Below are positions 1 through 9,539 of a DNA stretch of 64,000 nucleotides, in pieces. Position numbers and translations under genes: made by a program. The DNA comes from Mycobacteriales bacterium. Lineage in GTDB: Bacteria > Actinomycetota > Actinomycetes > Mycobacteriales > Pseudonocardiaceae. The notes under the pieces were generated by a model. It saw nothing but the letters and a program-made list of their open reading frames with translations. It made no database searches and was not told the origin of the DNA. The number at the start of each line of letters is the position of its first letter. Within the stretch, counting starts at the first letter, position 1. The stretch is taken from assembly GCA_038231335.1 (NCBI GenBank), contig JBBRLM010000010.1, positions 52,580-116,579 of the forward strand. The letters run 5' to 3'.

Positions 1-431
1 TCGTCTGGGCGCCGGTGCTGCACTACGGCTGGCCGCACCTGCTGAGCAACACCGTGCCGTTCCTCGTGTTCGGGTTCCTGGCCATGGCGGGTGGTATCCG
101 GCAGTGGGTGGCGGTGACGGCGCTGGTCTGGCTGATCAGCGGGCTGGGGGTGTGGCTGATCGGGCCGCCGGACACGTCCACGATCGGCGCGTCGGGAGTG
201 ATCTTCGGGTGGCTGGTGTACCTGCTGGCCCGTGGCTTCTTCGCCCGCAGCGCCCGGCAGATCGGGCTCGCGATCGTGCTGTTCGCGATCTGGGGCAGCG
301 TGCTGCTCGGCGTCATCCCCGGGCAGCCGGGCATCTCCTGGCAGGCGCACCTGTTCGGGGCGCTGGGTGGCCTGCTGGCGGCGTCCGTGGTGGCGCGGGC
401 CGATCGTCGGCCGGCGGCCCTCACCCCGTGA
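1..431 (+). CDS. Rhomboid-family intramembrane serine protease (5'-truncated by window edge)
   Basis: HxxxN (HLLSN), GASG catalytic Ser, SWQAHLFG catalytic His; lies upstream of murI as in the mycobacterial Rv1337-1341 block. Confidence 0.9.
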   Translation, partial: VWAPVLHYGWPHLLSNTVPFLVFGFLAMAGGIRQWVAVTALVWLISGLGVWLIGPPDTSTIGASGVIFGWLVYLLARGFFARSARQIGLAIVLFAIWGSVLLGVIPGQPGISWQAHLFGALGGLLAASVVARADRRPAALTP

Positions 432-513
432 TCGCGCCGCCCGCAACCCCACGCCGGCGGCTGGACGCGGCAGGTTACGCGGGCGGCGATCACCGGTGCG
501 CCACAATCAGGCC

Positions 514-1338
514 GTGAGCATGGACGCGCCGATCGGCATCTTCGACTCCGGGGTCGGCGGGCTGACCGTCGCGCGCGCGGTCATCGACCAGCTACCCGCC
601 GAGCAGGTGATCTACGTCGGTGACACGGCCAACGGGCCGTACGGCCCACAGCCCATCGCCGACATCCGCCGCCACGCGCTCGCGCTGGGTGATGCCCTGG
701 TCGACCGGGGCGTCAAGGCCATGGTCATCGCCTGCAACACCGCCTCCGCCGCCTGCCTCGCCGACGCCCGGGAGCGCTACCCGGTGCCGGTGGTGGAGGT
801 CGTGCTGCCCGCCGTGCGACGCGCCGTCGCGGCCACCCACACCGGGCGCATCGGCGTGATCGGCACGAGGGCCACCGTCGCCTCGGGCGCCTACACCGAC
901 TCGTTCGCCGCCGCCCGCGACCTCGAGATCACGGCCGTGGCGTGCCCGCGGTTCGTCGACTTCGTGGAGCGCGGCATGACCAGCGGCCGCCAGATCCTCG
1001 GGCTCGCCCAGAGCTACCTGGAGCCGCTGCAGCGCGCCCGCGTCGACACCGTCGTCCTGGGCTGCACCCACTACCCGCTGCTCGCGGGCGTCCTCCAGAT
1101 CGTCATGGGCCCGGACGTGACCCTCGTGTCCAGCGCCGAGGAGACCGCCAAGGACCTGGTGCGCGTGCTCATGTCCCGGGACCTCGCCCGCCAGCCCGAG
1201 GACCCGCCGCACGCCCCGCACGAGTTCCTCGCCACCGGCGACCCCGAGCCGTTCCGCCGGCTGGGCCGACGCTTCCTCGGCCCCGAGATCGCCTCCGTGC
1301 AGGCGCTGTACGCGGCCCCGGTAGCGTCCTCCCCGTGA
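514..1338 (+). CDS. murI: Glutamate racemase
   Basis: FDSGVGG, IACNTAS and LGCTHYP motifs; leaderless-type start (CACAAT 6 nt before GTG 514). Confidence 0.96.
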   Translation: MSMDAPIGIFDSGVGGLTVARAVIDQLPAEQVIYVGDTANGPYGPQPIADIRRHALALGDALVDRGVKAMVIACNTASAACLADARERYPVPVVEVVLPAVRRAVAATHTGRIGVIGTRATVASGAYTDSFAAARDLEITAVACPRFVDFVERGMTSGRQILGLAQSYLEPLQRARVDTVVLGCTHYPLLAGVLQIVMGPDVTLVSSAEETAKDLVRVLMSRDLARQPEDPPHAPHEFLATGDPEPFRRLGRRFLGPEIASVQALYAAPVASSP

Positions 1339-1718
1339 TCGCTGCGCTCGAGGTGGTGGTGCTCGTGGCGCTCGGCGTGCTCGCCGTCTACGGGCTCGTC
1401 ACCACCGTGCTGAACCGGCCGCCGGACCGCACCACGAAGATCGCCGTCGGGGTCGTCGTCGCGCTGCTCGTGGTGCAGGCCGCCGTCGCCGTGGTCCAGG
1501 TGCTCGGCGGTGTCCAGCTCGCCGAGACCTCCACGTTCCTCATCTACCTGGCCGTCTCGATCGGCGTGCTGCCCATCGCCACCCAGTTCGCCACCGCCAC
1601 CGACGAGAACACCGGCGACGGCCCCACCCGCTGGGGCGGCACCGTCGTCGCCGTCGGGGCGATCGCCGTCGCCGTCGCCGTGGTCCGCCTCCAGTACCTG
1701 TGGGACGCCCGTGTCTGA
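1335..1718 (+). CDS. Small integral membrane protein, ~4 TM, unknown function
   Basis: GTGA overlap with murI stop; four hydrophobic segments; GC3-rich codons. Confidence 0.8.
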   Translation: MIAALEVVVLVALGVLAVYGLVTTVLNRPPDRTTKIAVGVVVALLVVQAAVAVVQVLGGVQLAETSTFLIYLAVSIGVLPIATQFATATDENTGDGPTRWGGTVVAVGAIAVAVAVVRLQYLWDARV

Positions 1719-2136
1719 GTTGCCCGGGCCTGAGCCTGCTCGTGCCACCTCGTCCGGCGCCGGGCGTGTGCTCATCGCCGTCTACGGGATCTTCGCGCTC
1801 TCGGCCACCGCCCGCGCTGCGGTGCAGATCGCGTCGAAGTTCCAGGAGGCCCCCGTGGCTTACCTGCTCTCGGCGTTGTCGGGTGTCGTCTACATCCTCG
1901 CGACGATCGGGCTGGCCGGGCGCCGGCCGTGGTCGCGCGGACTGGCGTGGACCGCCGTCGCGATCGAACTGGTCGGGGTGCTCGCCGTCGGCACGTTCAC
2001 GGTGCTCGACTCGGGCGACTTCCCTGACGACACCGTGTGGTCCTTCTACGGCCGTGGATACGGCTTCATCCCGCTCGTGCTCCCACTCATAGGACTGTGG
2101 TGGCTGCGGCGCACGAGGGCTAACGTTCGGCCATGA
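1711..2136 (+). CDS. Small integral membrane protein, ~4 TM, unknown function
   Basis: Overlaps upstream stop; hydrophobic segments; WSxYGxGYGFIPLVLP C-terminal motif. Confidence 0.8.
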   Translation: MSELPGPEPARATSSGAGRVLIAVYGIFALSATARAAVQIASKFQEAPVAYLLSALSGVVYILATIGLAGRRPWSRGLAWTAVAIELVGVLAVGTFTVLDSGDFPDDTVWSFYGRGYGFIPLVLPLIGLWWLRRTRANVRP

Positions 2137-2906
2137 GGCTGATCGTGCTGGGCTGTTCGGGCAGCGGGCCGGGGCCGGTGTCGCCCGCATCCGGGTACCT
2201 GCTCGAGGCCGGCGACGCGCGGCTCGTCATGGACCTCGGCAACGGCACCTTCGGCGCGCTGCAACGCCATCTCGACCCCTGGACGCTCGACGGCCTGCTG
2301 TTCTCGCACCTGCACCCGGATCACTGCTCCGACTTCGCCTCCCTGGCCGTGTTCCGCCGCTACCACCCTCGCCCGCCCTACGACGCCACCGCGCGCCGGC
2401 TGCCGGTGCTGGCCCCCGTCGAGGCCCCGACGAGGTTCGCGGCCGCATACGCGCCGTCGGCGGCCGAGCTGGCCGGCACCGACATGAGCGACGTGTTCGA
2501 CTTCCGCGTGATCTCCGACGGCAGCTCGGCCGAGCTGGCCGGGGCCACCGTGCGCGCCGGGCGCGTCGACCACCCCTGCGACGCCTACGGCCTGCGCGTC
2601 GATGCCGGCGGCCGGAGCATCGTCTACAGCGGCGACACGGGCCCGTGCGACGGCCTGGTCCAGCTCGCCCGCGGCGCCGACGTGCTGCTCTGCGAGGCCA
2701 CCTGGCCGCACCACGAGGACGCACCGCCCGGCGTGCACCTGTCCGGACGTCAGGCCGGGGAGCACGCGGCCGCCGCCGGCGTCGGGCGGCTGCTGCTCAC
2801 GCACGTGCCCGCCTGGTTCGACGGCGAGCAGCTGCTGGGGGAGGCCAAGGAGGCCTTCGACGGGCCGGTGGAGCTCGTGGCGCCGGACGCCGCGTACGAC
2901 GTCTAA
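2133..2906 (+). CDS. MBL-fold metallo-hydrolase (Rv1339-like cyclic-nucleotide phosphodiesterase/RNase Z-like)
   Basis: SHLHPDH metal motif, YSGDTG; syntenic between murI and rph. Confidence 0.88.
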   Translation: MRLIVLGCSGSGPGPVSPASGYLLEAGDARLVMDLGNGTFGALQRHLDPWTLDGLLFSHLHPDHCSDFASLAVFRRYHPRPPYDATARRLPVLAPVEAPTRFAAAYAPSAAELAGTDMSDVFDFRVISDGSSAELAGATVRAGRVDHPCDAYGLRVDAGGRSIVYSGDTGPCDGLVQLARGADVLLCEATWPHHEDAPPGVHLSGRQAGEHAAAAGVGRLLLTHVPAWFDGEQLLGEAKEAFDGPVELVAPDAAYDV

Positions 2907-3382
2907 CCGCCCACGCCCCGCCAGACCGCCGCGGCACCGGCGTCGCCGATCCACACGACGAGGCCGGTGACGACGACCCCCAGGACGGCCGCCACCACCG
3001 ACGCGATCGTGGTGAGGCGCGACGAGGTGCGCGTGGTGCCCCCGTCGACCGGTCGACCCGGCCGGAACTCCGTCAGCACCGCCACCGCCAGCACCACGAG
3101 GAACGCCACCGCCCACGGCAGCAGCGTGTCGCCGCGCTGCTGGTGGAGCTCGATCAACGGGTTCGGACCGGGCAGCGCACGCTGCAGCTGCTCGCCGGTC
3201 TGCGTCGCCAGCGGGACCGCGGCGACGCCCACGACGGCGATGAACAGCACCGCGCCCCCCAACGAGCGTCGCCACCGTGGCCGGACCGCGATCAGCACGG
3301 CTCCGAGCGTGGCGAGCGGGAGCAGGACGACCACAGCGTGGATCACCAGGGGGTGCGCCGGGATCCCGTTGATGGTGAACAT
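2903..3382 (-). CDS. DUF2231-type membrane protein
   Basis: GIPAHPLVIHAVVVLLP start, HQQRG, GDAGAAAVW end; 4 TM. Confidence 0.8.
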   Translation of the reverse strand: MFTINGIPAHPLVIHAVVVLLPLATLGAVLIAVRPRWRRSLGGAVLFIAVVGVAAVPLATQTGEQLQRALPGPNPLIELHQQRGDTLLPWAVAFLVVLAVAVLTEFRPGRPVDGGTTRTSSRLTTIASVVAAVLGVVVTGLVVWIGDAGAAAVWRGVGG

Positions 3383-3443
3383 TCAAGTAGTAAACCGGTG
3401 AGGTCGAGCGGCCGCTGTGAAGTCGCGTCCTTAAGCTGGGCCC

Positions 3444-4205
3444 GTGACTCAGGCGACCGGTACACGCGCAGACGGCAGGACCGACGACGAGCTCCGGCCG
3501 GTGACCATCACCCGTGGCTTCCAGAAGCACCCCGCGGGCTCGGTGCTGGTGGAGTTCGGCGACACGAAGGTGCTGTGCGCGGCCAGTGTCACCGAGGGGG
3601 TTCCGCGCTGGCGCAAGGGATCCGGGCTGGGCTGGCTCACCGCCGAGTACGCGATGCTGCCCTCGGCCACCAACACCCGCAGCGACCGCGAGTCGGTCAA
3701 GGGCCGCGTCGGCGGGCGCACCCACGAGATCAGCCGGCTCGTCGGCCGCTCCCTGCGCGCCTGCATCGACCTCAAGGCGTTGGGGGAGAACACCATCGCC
3801 CTGGACTGCGACGTCCTGCAGGCCGACGGCGGCACCCGCACCGCTGCCATCACGGGCGCCTACGTCGCGCTGGCCGACGCCGTCACCTGGCTGGGCGCGC
3901 GCGGCAGGCTGTCGGACCCCAAGCCGCTGTCGTGCCAGGTGGCGGCGGTCAGCGTCGGTGTGGTGGACGGGCGGGTGCGGCTGGACCTGCCCTACGAGGA
4001 GGACTCGCGCGCCGAGGTCGACACGAACGTCGTCGCCACGAACACGGGCACGCTGATCGAGGTGCAGGGCACCGGCGAGGGCGCCACGTTCAGCCGCCGC
4101 ACCCTCGACGCCATGCTCGACTCCGCGCTGGCCGGCATCGAGCGCATCGCGCAGATCCAGGCCGAGGCCCTCGCCCTGCCCTACCCCGGACAGTTGCCGG
4201 GATGA
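3444..4205 (+). CDS. rph: Ribonuclease PH
   Basis: [37 protein letters not shown]; TAAGCT -10 6 nt before GTG. Confidence 0.97.
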   Translation: MTQATGTRADGRTDDELRPVTITRGFQKHPAGSVLVEFGDTKVLCAASVTEGVPRWRKGSGLGWLTAEYAMLPSATNTRSDRESVKGRVGGRTHEISRLVGRSLRACIDLKALGENTIALDCDVLQADGGTRTAAITGAYVALADAVTWLGARGRLSDPKPLSCQVAAVSVGVVDGRVRLDLPYEEDSRAEVDTNVVATNTGTLIEVQGTGEGATFSRRTLDAMLDSALAGIERIAQIQAEALALPYPGQLPG

Positions 4206-4807
4206 CGAAGGTCCTGCTCGCCACGCGCAACGCGGGCAAGCTCGTCGAGCTGCGGCGGATGCTCGAGGCCGCGGATCTCGGTGGCGTGACGGTCCTCGGG
4301 CTCGCCGACGTGCCCGATTTCCCCGAGGCGCCGGAGACGGGCGCGACGTTCGCCGAGAACGCGCTGGCCAAGGCCCGGGACGCCGCGGCGGCCACCGGCC
4401 TGCCCTCGGTGGCCGACGACTCCGGGCTCGCCGTCGACGCCCTCAACGGCATGCCCGGGGTGCTCTCGGCGCGCTGGTGCGGGAAGCACGGCGACGACCT
4501 CGCCAACCTGGCGCTGCTGCTCGGCCAGCTCGGCGACGTACCCGACGAGCGTCGCGGGGCCGCGTTCGTCTGTGCCGCGGCGCTCGTGGTGCCCGGGGGC
4601 GCGGAGACCGTGGTGCACGGTGAGTGGCCCGGGCGGATCATCCGGGCTCCGCGTGGCGCCAACGGCTTCGGCTACGACCCGATCTTCGTCTCCGAGGGGG
4701 AGGAGCGGTCCTCGGCGGAGCTGTCCGCGGAGGAGAAGGACGCGGCCTCACACCGCGGCCGCGCCCTCCGCGCCCTCGTGCCTCACCTGGTCGCGCTCAG
4801 ATCGTGA
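4202..4807 (+). CDS. rdgB: dITP/XTP pyrophosphatase (Ham1 family)
   Basis: [28 protein letters not shown]; ATGA overlap with rph. Confidence 0.96.
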   Translation: MTKVLLATRNAGKLVELRRMLEAADLGGVTVLGLADVPDFPEAPETGATFAENALAKARDAAAATGLPSVADDSGLAVDALNGMPGVLSARWCGKHGDDLANLALLLGQLGDVPDERRGAAFVCAAALVVPGGAETVVHGEWPGRIIRAPRGANGFGYDPIFVSEGEERSSAELSAEEKDAASHRGRALRALVPHLVALRS

Positions 4808-5747
4808 TCTGCTCCAGGCGCTCGAACAGCTCGGTGCGCCGGTGCTCGAACTGCTCGGGCAACTGGAACGCGCTGCCGAGCTCCTTCGGCGACTCGTCGC
4901 AGGTCCAGCCGCCCTCGGGGTGTGTCACGGCGAGCTCGAACAACGCGCCGCCGGGGCTGCGGACGTAGACCGACTTGAAGTACTTGCGGTCCTTGAGCTC
5001 GGAGATGTCGGTGTAGCCGGCGCCCTCGATGGCGAACTTCAGCTCGTCCTGGTTCGCGAGGTTCTCGGCGTTCCACGCGAAGTGGTGGATCGTCCCCTCG
5101 CCGTAGCGCCACGTGCCGGGGTCGTCGGTGCGGTTGACCACCAGCTCCACGGCGCCGCCGCGGCCGGGCTCGCCCACCTGCAGCAGTACGCGGTCGCCCT
5201 CCTCGGTGAGCTCCTTGGCGAACAGCGACTCGCCGACGAACTCGACCATGTTCTCCGGGTTGGCGACGTGCACACCCACCCCGTGGATGCCGTGGATGGC
5301 GTGTTCGGCCGGCACGCCGCCGCCCGTCCAGCCCTCGCGCAGGTCACCGTCCACGCCGACGAGGGCGTACTCGATGCCGCACGGGTGCCGGAACAGCAGC
5401 CGGCGCCGGTCGAGGACCTCGGCGTCGGTGACCTCCACGCCGCGCTCGCCGAGGCGGGCGTTCCAGTAGTCCAGCGAGCCGGACGGCGCGGCCAGCAGCA
5501 CCTCGCGGGCCTGGTTGGTGCCCCGGCGGCCCATGAGCCCGGCCTGCCGGAACGGGAACGTCGTCAGCACCGAGCTCGGGTCGCCCGCGGCGTTCGAGTA
5601 GTAGAGGTGGTAGATCGGCTCCGAGCCGTCGAAGAGCACGGTGCGCTTGATGAAGCGCAGGCCGAGCGTGCGGACGTGGAAGTCGACGTCCTCCTGCGCG
5701 GCCCCCACCGACATCGTGACGTGATGGCTGCCGTTGACGTGGGCCAC
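4797..5747 (-). CDS. Two-domain VOC ring-cleaving dioxygenase (PcpA/LinE/MhqO-like)
   Basis: HHVTM, YHLYY, HHFAW and DRKYFKSVYVRSPGGALFELA metal ligands. Confidence 0.85.
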   Translation of the reverse strand: MAHVNGSHHVTMSVGAAQEDVDFHVRTLGLRFIKRTVLFDGSEPIYHLYYSNAAGDPSSVLTTFPFRQAGLMGRRGTNQAREVLLAAPSGSLDYWNARLGERGVEVTDAEVLDRRRLLFRHPCGIEYALVGVDGDLREGWTGGGVPAEHAIHGIHGVGVHVANPENMVEFVGESLFAKELTEEGDRVLLQVGEPGRGGAVELVVNRTDDPGTWRYGEGTIHHFAWNAENLANQDELKFAIEGAGYTDISELKDRKYFKSVYVRSPGGALFELAVTHPEGGWTCDESPKELGSAFQLPEQFEHRRTELFERLEQITI

Positions 5748-5773
5748 GGGTGCTCCTTCGCTGGTCCGGGACG

Positions 5774-5813
5774 CTGTGGTTGGAACCTCAACTGTGGTTG
5801 AAACCTAAACCAC
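5774..5813. promoter_or_regulatory. Tandem 18-nt imperfect palindromic operator upstream of the dioxygenase
   Basis: ctgtggttggaacctcaa / ctgtggttgaaacctaaa direct repeat; each unit is GTTG..CAAC or GTGGTT..AACCAC dyad. Confidence 0.55.
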
Positions 5814-6197
5814 ATCCGCCTCCTCGGCCAGTACCCGGCGGGCCACCCCGAAGGCGCTGTTCGCCGCCGGCACACCGCAGTAGATCGCGGTCTGCATGAG
5901 GATCTCGACGATCTCCTCGCGGGTCAGCCCGTTGCGCAGGGCGGCGCGCAGATGCAGCTCCAGCTCGGCGAGGTGACCGTGGGCGACGAGTGCGGTAATG
6001 GTGACGGCGCTGCGCATGCGGCGGTCGATGCCGGGGCGGGTCCAGATGTGGCCCCAGGCGTACTTGGTGATCATCTCCTGGAACTCGGCGGTGGTGGCGT
6101 CGGCCCTGGCCAGTGCGGCGTCGACGTACTCGGGGCCGAGCACCTCGCGGCGCACCGCCAGGCCGTCGGGATCGAGGTCGAGGTCGGGTGTGTTCAC
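5805..6197 (-). CDS. pcaC: 4-carboxymuconolactone decarboxylase
   Basis: GLAVRREVLG, AWGHIWTRPG, QTAIYCGVPAANSAF. Confidence 0.88.
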   Translation of the reverse strand: MNTPDLDLDPDGLAVRREVLGPEYVDAALARADATTAEFQEMITKYAWGHIWTRPGIDRRMRSAVTITALVAHGHLAELELHLRAALRNGLTREEIVEILMQTAIYCGVPAANSAFGVARRVLAEEADVV

Positions 6198-6296
6198 GGT
6201 GGATCACGGTAGTCGCGGTGACGGGCAGGTGTACCGGAGATGATCGCGTCACCCCTTCCCCGCGGCCGGGCCCCGGACGTGGGTACCGTCGGTGCC

Positions 6297-7019
6297 ATGA
6301 CCCGACCCGGCACGTGGCGCGCAGCGACATGGTGGCGTGCGGTCGCCGGTGTCCTCGTGCTGGTCGCCCTGCTCGTGGTGGTCGTGCTGCTGGTCCGCTC
6401 GGGGGGCATCCACCACGTGCGGCGCACCGTGGCCGAGGCCGGCGCCTGGGCGCCTGTGCTGTTCGTGCTGCTGCAGGGCGTGGTCACGATCACCCCGCTG
6501 CCGCGCACGGTGTTCACCGTGGCCGCCGGCGTGCTCTTCGGCCCGGTCTTCGGGGTCGTGCTCACGGTGCTGGCCACCCTGCTCGCCGCGCTGGCGGCGT
6601 ACTGGCTCGTGGGGTTCGTGGGCGGCAGCTTCGTGGACCGGCACTCCCACCGCCCGGGCGTGGCCTGGGTGCGCGGCCGGCTCGACCACAACGGCCTGCT
6701 CGCCATGGTGTCGCTGCGGCTGATCCCGGCGGTGCCGTTCGCGGTGATGAACTACGCCGCGGGCCTGGCGAAGGTGCGCGTGCTGCCGTACGCGGTGGGC
6801 ACGGTGCTCGGCGTGCTGCCCGGCACGGTGGCCATCGTGGTGCTGGGTGACGCGGCCACCAGCGGAAGCATCCACCCGGCCTCGTTCGCGGTCTCGATCG
6901 CCGGCGGCCTGCTGGGCCTGGCCGGGGCGGCGGTGGCGTCGCGACGGGGCCCGGCGGCTCGCCCGGACCTCGCCACTTCTGTGGCAGCGCCGGAATCCGG
7001 TCCGGAAACAGCCGCATAG
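6297..7019 (+). CDS. TVP38/TMEM64 (SNARE-associated, DedA superfamily) membrane protein
   Basis: PLPRTVFTVAAGVLFG, LRLIPAVPFAVMNY, GVLPGT; TACCGT -10 7 nt before ATG. Confidence 0.88.
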   Translation: MTRPGTWRAATWWRAVAGVLVLVALLVVVVLLVRSGGIHHVRRTVAEAGAWAPVLFVLLQGVVTITPLPRTVFTVAAGVLFGPVFGVVLTVLATLLAALAAYWLVGFVGGSFVDRHSHRPGVAWVRGRLDHNGLLAMVSLRLIPAVPFAVMNYAAGLAKVRVLPYAVGTVLGVLPGTVAIVVLGDAATSGSIHPASFAVSIAGGLLGLAGAAVASRRGPAARPDLATSVAAPESGPETAA

Positions 7020-7051
7020 CTGCTGTTGCGCAGAGGTGGACCTCAGCGCGT

Positions 7052-7128
7052 TGGTGTCGGCGACGGGATTCGAACCCGCACTGTCTTGATCCTAAATCAA
7101 GTCTCTCTGCCAGCTGGAGTACGCCGAC
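7052..7128 (-). tRNA. tRNA-Leu(UAG), 77 nt incl. encoded CCA, short (5-nt) variable loop
   Basis: Acceptor GTCGGCG/CGCCGAC, discriminator A, anticodon stem CTTGA/TCAAG with loop TT-TAG-GA, T arm GCGGG-TTCGAAT-CCCGT. Confidence 0.93.
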
Positions 7129-7449
7129 TCCTGTTCCGCCCGCACCACGTGTCCGTGAGTGCGTGGCAGTTCGGACACAGGATACGGAGGTTCTCGAGCC
7201 GGTTGTCGGTGTGGTCGCCGTTGATGTGGTCCAGGGCCAAAGGGAGTGGCTTCTCCTGTCACTCGCTCAGACCGCACTCCTGGCAGTGGGCGGGCAGGAC
7301 GCGTCGAGGCCCAATCGCTTGATGTGGGCGCGCATCGTGTCGTACTTTCCCGGTCGCAGCCCGAGTCGGATGTGCACCTCCGCCAGCGTGCGGCTGGCCG
7401 CCACCGCGGCGGCGAGCTGCTCGTCGGTCCAGCTCCGAGGTCTCGGCGT
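7097..7449 (-). pseudogene. HNH endonuclease pseudogene whose reading frame ends inside the tRNA-Leu
   Basis: N-part (T)PRPRSWTDEQLAAAVAAS...RLGLDAS in one frame; C-part HCQECGLSE*QEKPLPLALDHINGDHTDNRLENLRILCPNCHA in another; nonsense at 7259-7261, frame break near 7300. Confidence 0.88.
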
Positions 7450-7455
7450 GTCCGA

Positions 7456-7477
7456 ATCATACCGAACGTCGGTTCGA
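7456..7477 (-). promoter_or_regulatory. LexA (SOS) box abutting a TATGAT -10 of the HNH gene
   Basis: CCGAAC-GTCG-GTTCGA at 7462-7477, 1 mismatch to actinobacterial TCGAAC-N4-GTTCGA; TATGAT at 7461-7456. Confidence 0.75.
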
Positions 7478-7501
7478 TCGAGTCGGGGTTGTCCGCAGGG
7501 G

Positions 7502-7969
7502 TCAGACCTTGAGGTCCTTGCGCAGCTTCGCCACGTGGCCGGTGGCGCGGACGTTGTACTGCGCCTCCTCGATCTTCCCGTCGGCGTCGATGACGAAGGT
7601 GGAGCGGATGACGCCGGTGACCGCCTTGCCGTACGTCTGCTTCTCCCCGAAGGCGCCCCACGCGGTGAGCACCTCACGACCCGGGTCCGACAGCAGCGGG
7701 AACGTCAGCCCTTCGGCGTCGCGGAACTTCGCGAGCTTGGCCGGCTTGTCGGGGGAGACGCCCAGGACGTCGAGGCCGGCGCCGTTGAGCTCGGCCAGGT
7801 TGTCGCGGAAGTCGCAGGCCTGCTTGGTGCAGCCGGGGGTGCTGGCGGCCGGGTAGAAGTAGACGACGACGCGACGGCCGCGGTAGTCCGAGAGCGACAC
7901 GGGCTTCTCGTCGGCGTCGGGCAGGGTGAAGTCGGGGGCCGGGTCGCCGGCCGCGAGTCGGGTGCTCAT
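7502..7969 (-). CDS. bcp: Thioredoxin-dependent peroxiredoxin Bcp
   Basis: YFYPAASTPGCTKQACDFRD; PrxQ-type. Confidence 0.95.
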   Translation of the reverse strand: MSTRLAAGDPAPDFTLPDADEKPVSLSDYRGRRVVVYFYPAASTPGCTKQACDFRDNLAELNGAGLDVLGVSPDKPAKLAKFRDAEGLTFPLLSDPGREVLTAWGAFGEKQTYGKAVTGVIRSTFVIDADGKIEEAQYNVRATGHVAKLRKDLKV

Positions 7970-8058
7970 GCACCGATCCTGGCACGCCACTCCGACGGTG
8001 ACCGACGGTGTGATCTACGGTGACCACCTCAGCAACCATCTGTACGTCAGGAGGCGTC

Positions 8059-8280
8059 GTGGCGCGCGACCCGGACACCATCCAGCGCGAGATCGAGAAG
8101 GCGAGGGATGCCCTCGCCGACAGCCTCGACGTGCTCAGCGAGCGGGCGAATCCGAAGAAGCTCGTCGACGCGGGCAAGCAGAGCGTGACCGACACGCTCA
8201 ACCAGCCGAAGGTCCGCTACGCCCTGATCGCCGTCGGCGCGATCGTCGGGCTCGCGATCCTCCGCAAGCTCTTCACGTAG
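8059..8280 (+). CDS. DUF3618 small membrane-anchored protein
   Basis: ARDPDTIQREIEKARDALADSLDVL; AGGAGG RBS; usual bcp neighbour. Confidence 0.85.
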   Translation: MARDPDTIQREIEKARDALADSLDVLSERANPKKLVDAGKQSVTDTLNQPKVRYALIAVGAIVGLAILRKLFT

Positions 8281-8284
8281 AGGA

Positions 8285-9454
8285 CTACAGGGTCGCGGCG
8301 TACTCCAGCGCCGCGGCCCGGTCCGCTCCGTCGGCCACCAGCGCGCGGTAGCGGGCAATGAGCCGCGCCGCGCCGAAACCGGCCACGGCCACGAGCCGGC
8401 CGTCGGCCAGGTAGCCGGCCACCGTGCCCTTGACCGGCCCGCCGTCCAGGCCCGTACCGTGCAGCGGGATCACCTCGTCGGCCTCGTCGGGCCGTCCGAT
8501 CAACTGGATCTTGAGCCCGAACTGGTCGGACCAGAAGTACGGCACGGTGGCCGGCGGGGCCTCCTCGCCGACGATGTCGCGGGCCACCACCGCGGCCTGG
8601 TCGCCTGCGCTCGTCCAGTGCTCGCTGCGGTGCCCGTCCCAGGATGCGACGTCGCCCACGGCCCAGACCGCGTCCAGCCCGTCCACGCGCCCGCTCGGGC
8701 CGCAGAGCAGGCCCCTGGAGGTGTCGACGGTGTCGATCCACTCCAGGTCCGGCACCCCGCCGATCCCGACGACGACGGCGTCGGCCGTGACCGTGCTGCC
8801 GTCCTCCAGCGCAACGCCCCCGTCGACGAAGCCGGTGATCCGGGCGTTCGTGCGCAGGTCCACCCCGCCCTCGGTGAGCAGGCGCCCGTTGAGGGCGCCC
8901 AGGTCGGGCCCCAGCGCGCGCGACGACGGCGCGGGCAACGCCTCCAGCACGGTCACCTCGACGCCACGCGAACGGGCGGAGCTGGCCACCTCGGCCCCGA
9001 TGAACCCGCCGCCCACCACCAGCAGCGACCCGATCTTCTCCAGCTCCGCGCGCAGGGCCAGCGCGTCGTCGAGCGTGCGCAGCGTGTGGACGGACGCGGG
9101 CTGGTCGGGCAGCTCGCGGGCCACCAGCCCGGTGGCGATCACGATCGCGTCGGCGTAGAGCGTGGCGCCGTCGGACAGCTCGACCTCGCCCGGGCGCAGC
9201 GCGACGGCCCGCAGGCCCAGGTGGGTACGCACCCCCAGGTTCTCGAGCTCCTCCACCGTGCGCAGCCCGGTGCGCTCGGGCTCCCAGGCGCCGGTGAGCA
9301 CCTGCTTGGACAGCGGCGGCCGGTCGTAGGGCGCGTGCTCCTCGGCGCCGACGAGGCTGATGCGGCCCTCGTAGCCCGTGGCGCGCAGCTGCTCCACCGT
9401 GCGCAGGCCACCCAGGCCCGCTCCCACCACGAGGACATGTTCGGGCTGGCTCAT
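8285..9454 (-). CDS. FAD-dependent ferredoxin reductase-like oxidoreductase
   Basis: GAGLGG, YDRPPLSK, GGGFIGAE, PYFWSDQFG motifs; AAGGAG RBS. Confidence 0.92.
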   Translation of the reverse strand: MSQPEHVLVVGAGLGGLRTVEQLRATGYEGRISLVGAEEHAPYDRPPLSKQVLTGAWEPERTGLRTVEELENLGVRTHLGLRAVALRPGEVELSDGATLYADAIVIATGLVARELPDQPASVHTLRTLDDALALRAELEKIGSLLVVGGGFIGAEVASSARSRGVEVTVLEALPAPSSRALGPDLGALNGRLLTEGGVDLRTNARITGFVDGGVALEDGSTVTADAVVVGIGGVPDLEWIDTVDTSRGLLCGPSGRVDGLDAVWAVGDVASWDGHRSEHWTSAGDQAAVVARDIVGEEAPPATVPYFWSDQFGLKIQLIGRPDEADEVIPLHGTGLDGGPVKGTVAGYLADGRLVAVAGFGAARLIARYRALVADGADRAAALEYAATL

Positions 9455-9539
9455 GCTGCCGAGGTCTCCTTGCTGGTGGGGCGGCTGGGACCGGTGCCGT
9501 GATCGTGGCCGGCCGATGAACACAGATCCTCGCCGACGC

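Noticed and set aside
6975-7051. Possible att site or integrative-element end at the tRNA 3' side
   Set aside because: No duplicated tRNA 3' end and no integrase in the window; only a weak hairpin at 7028-7049
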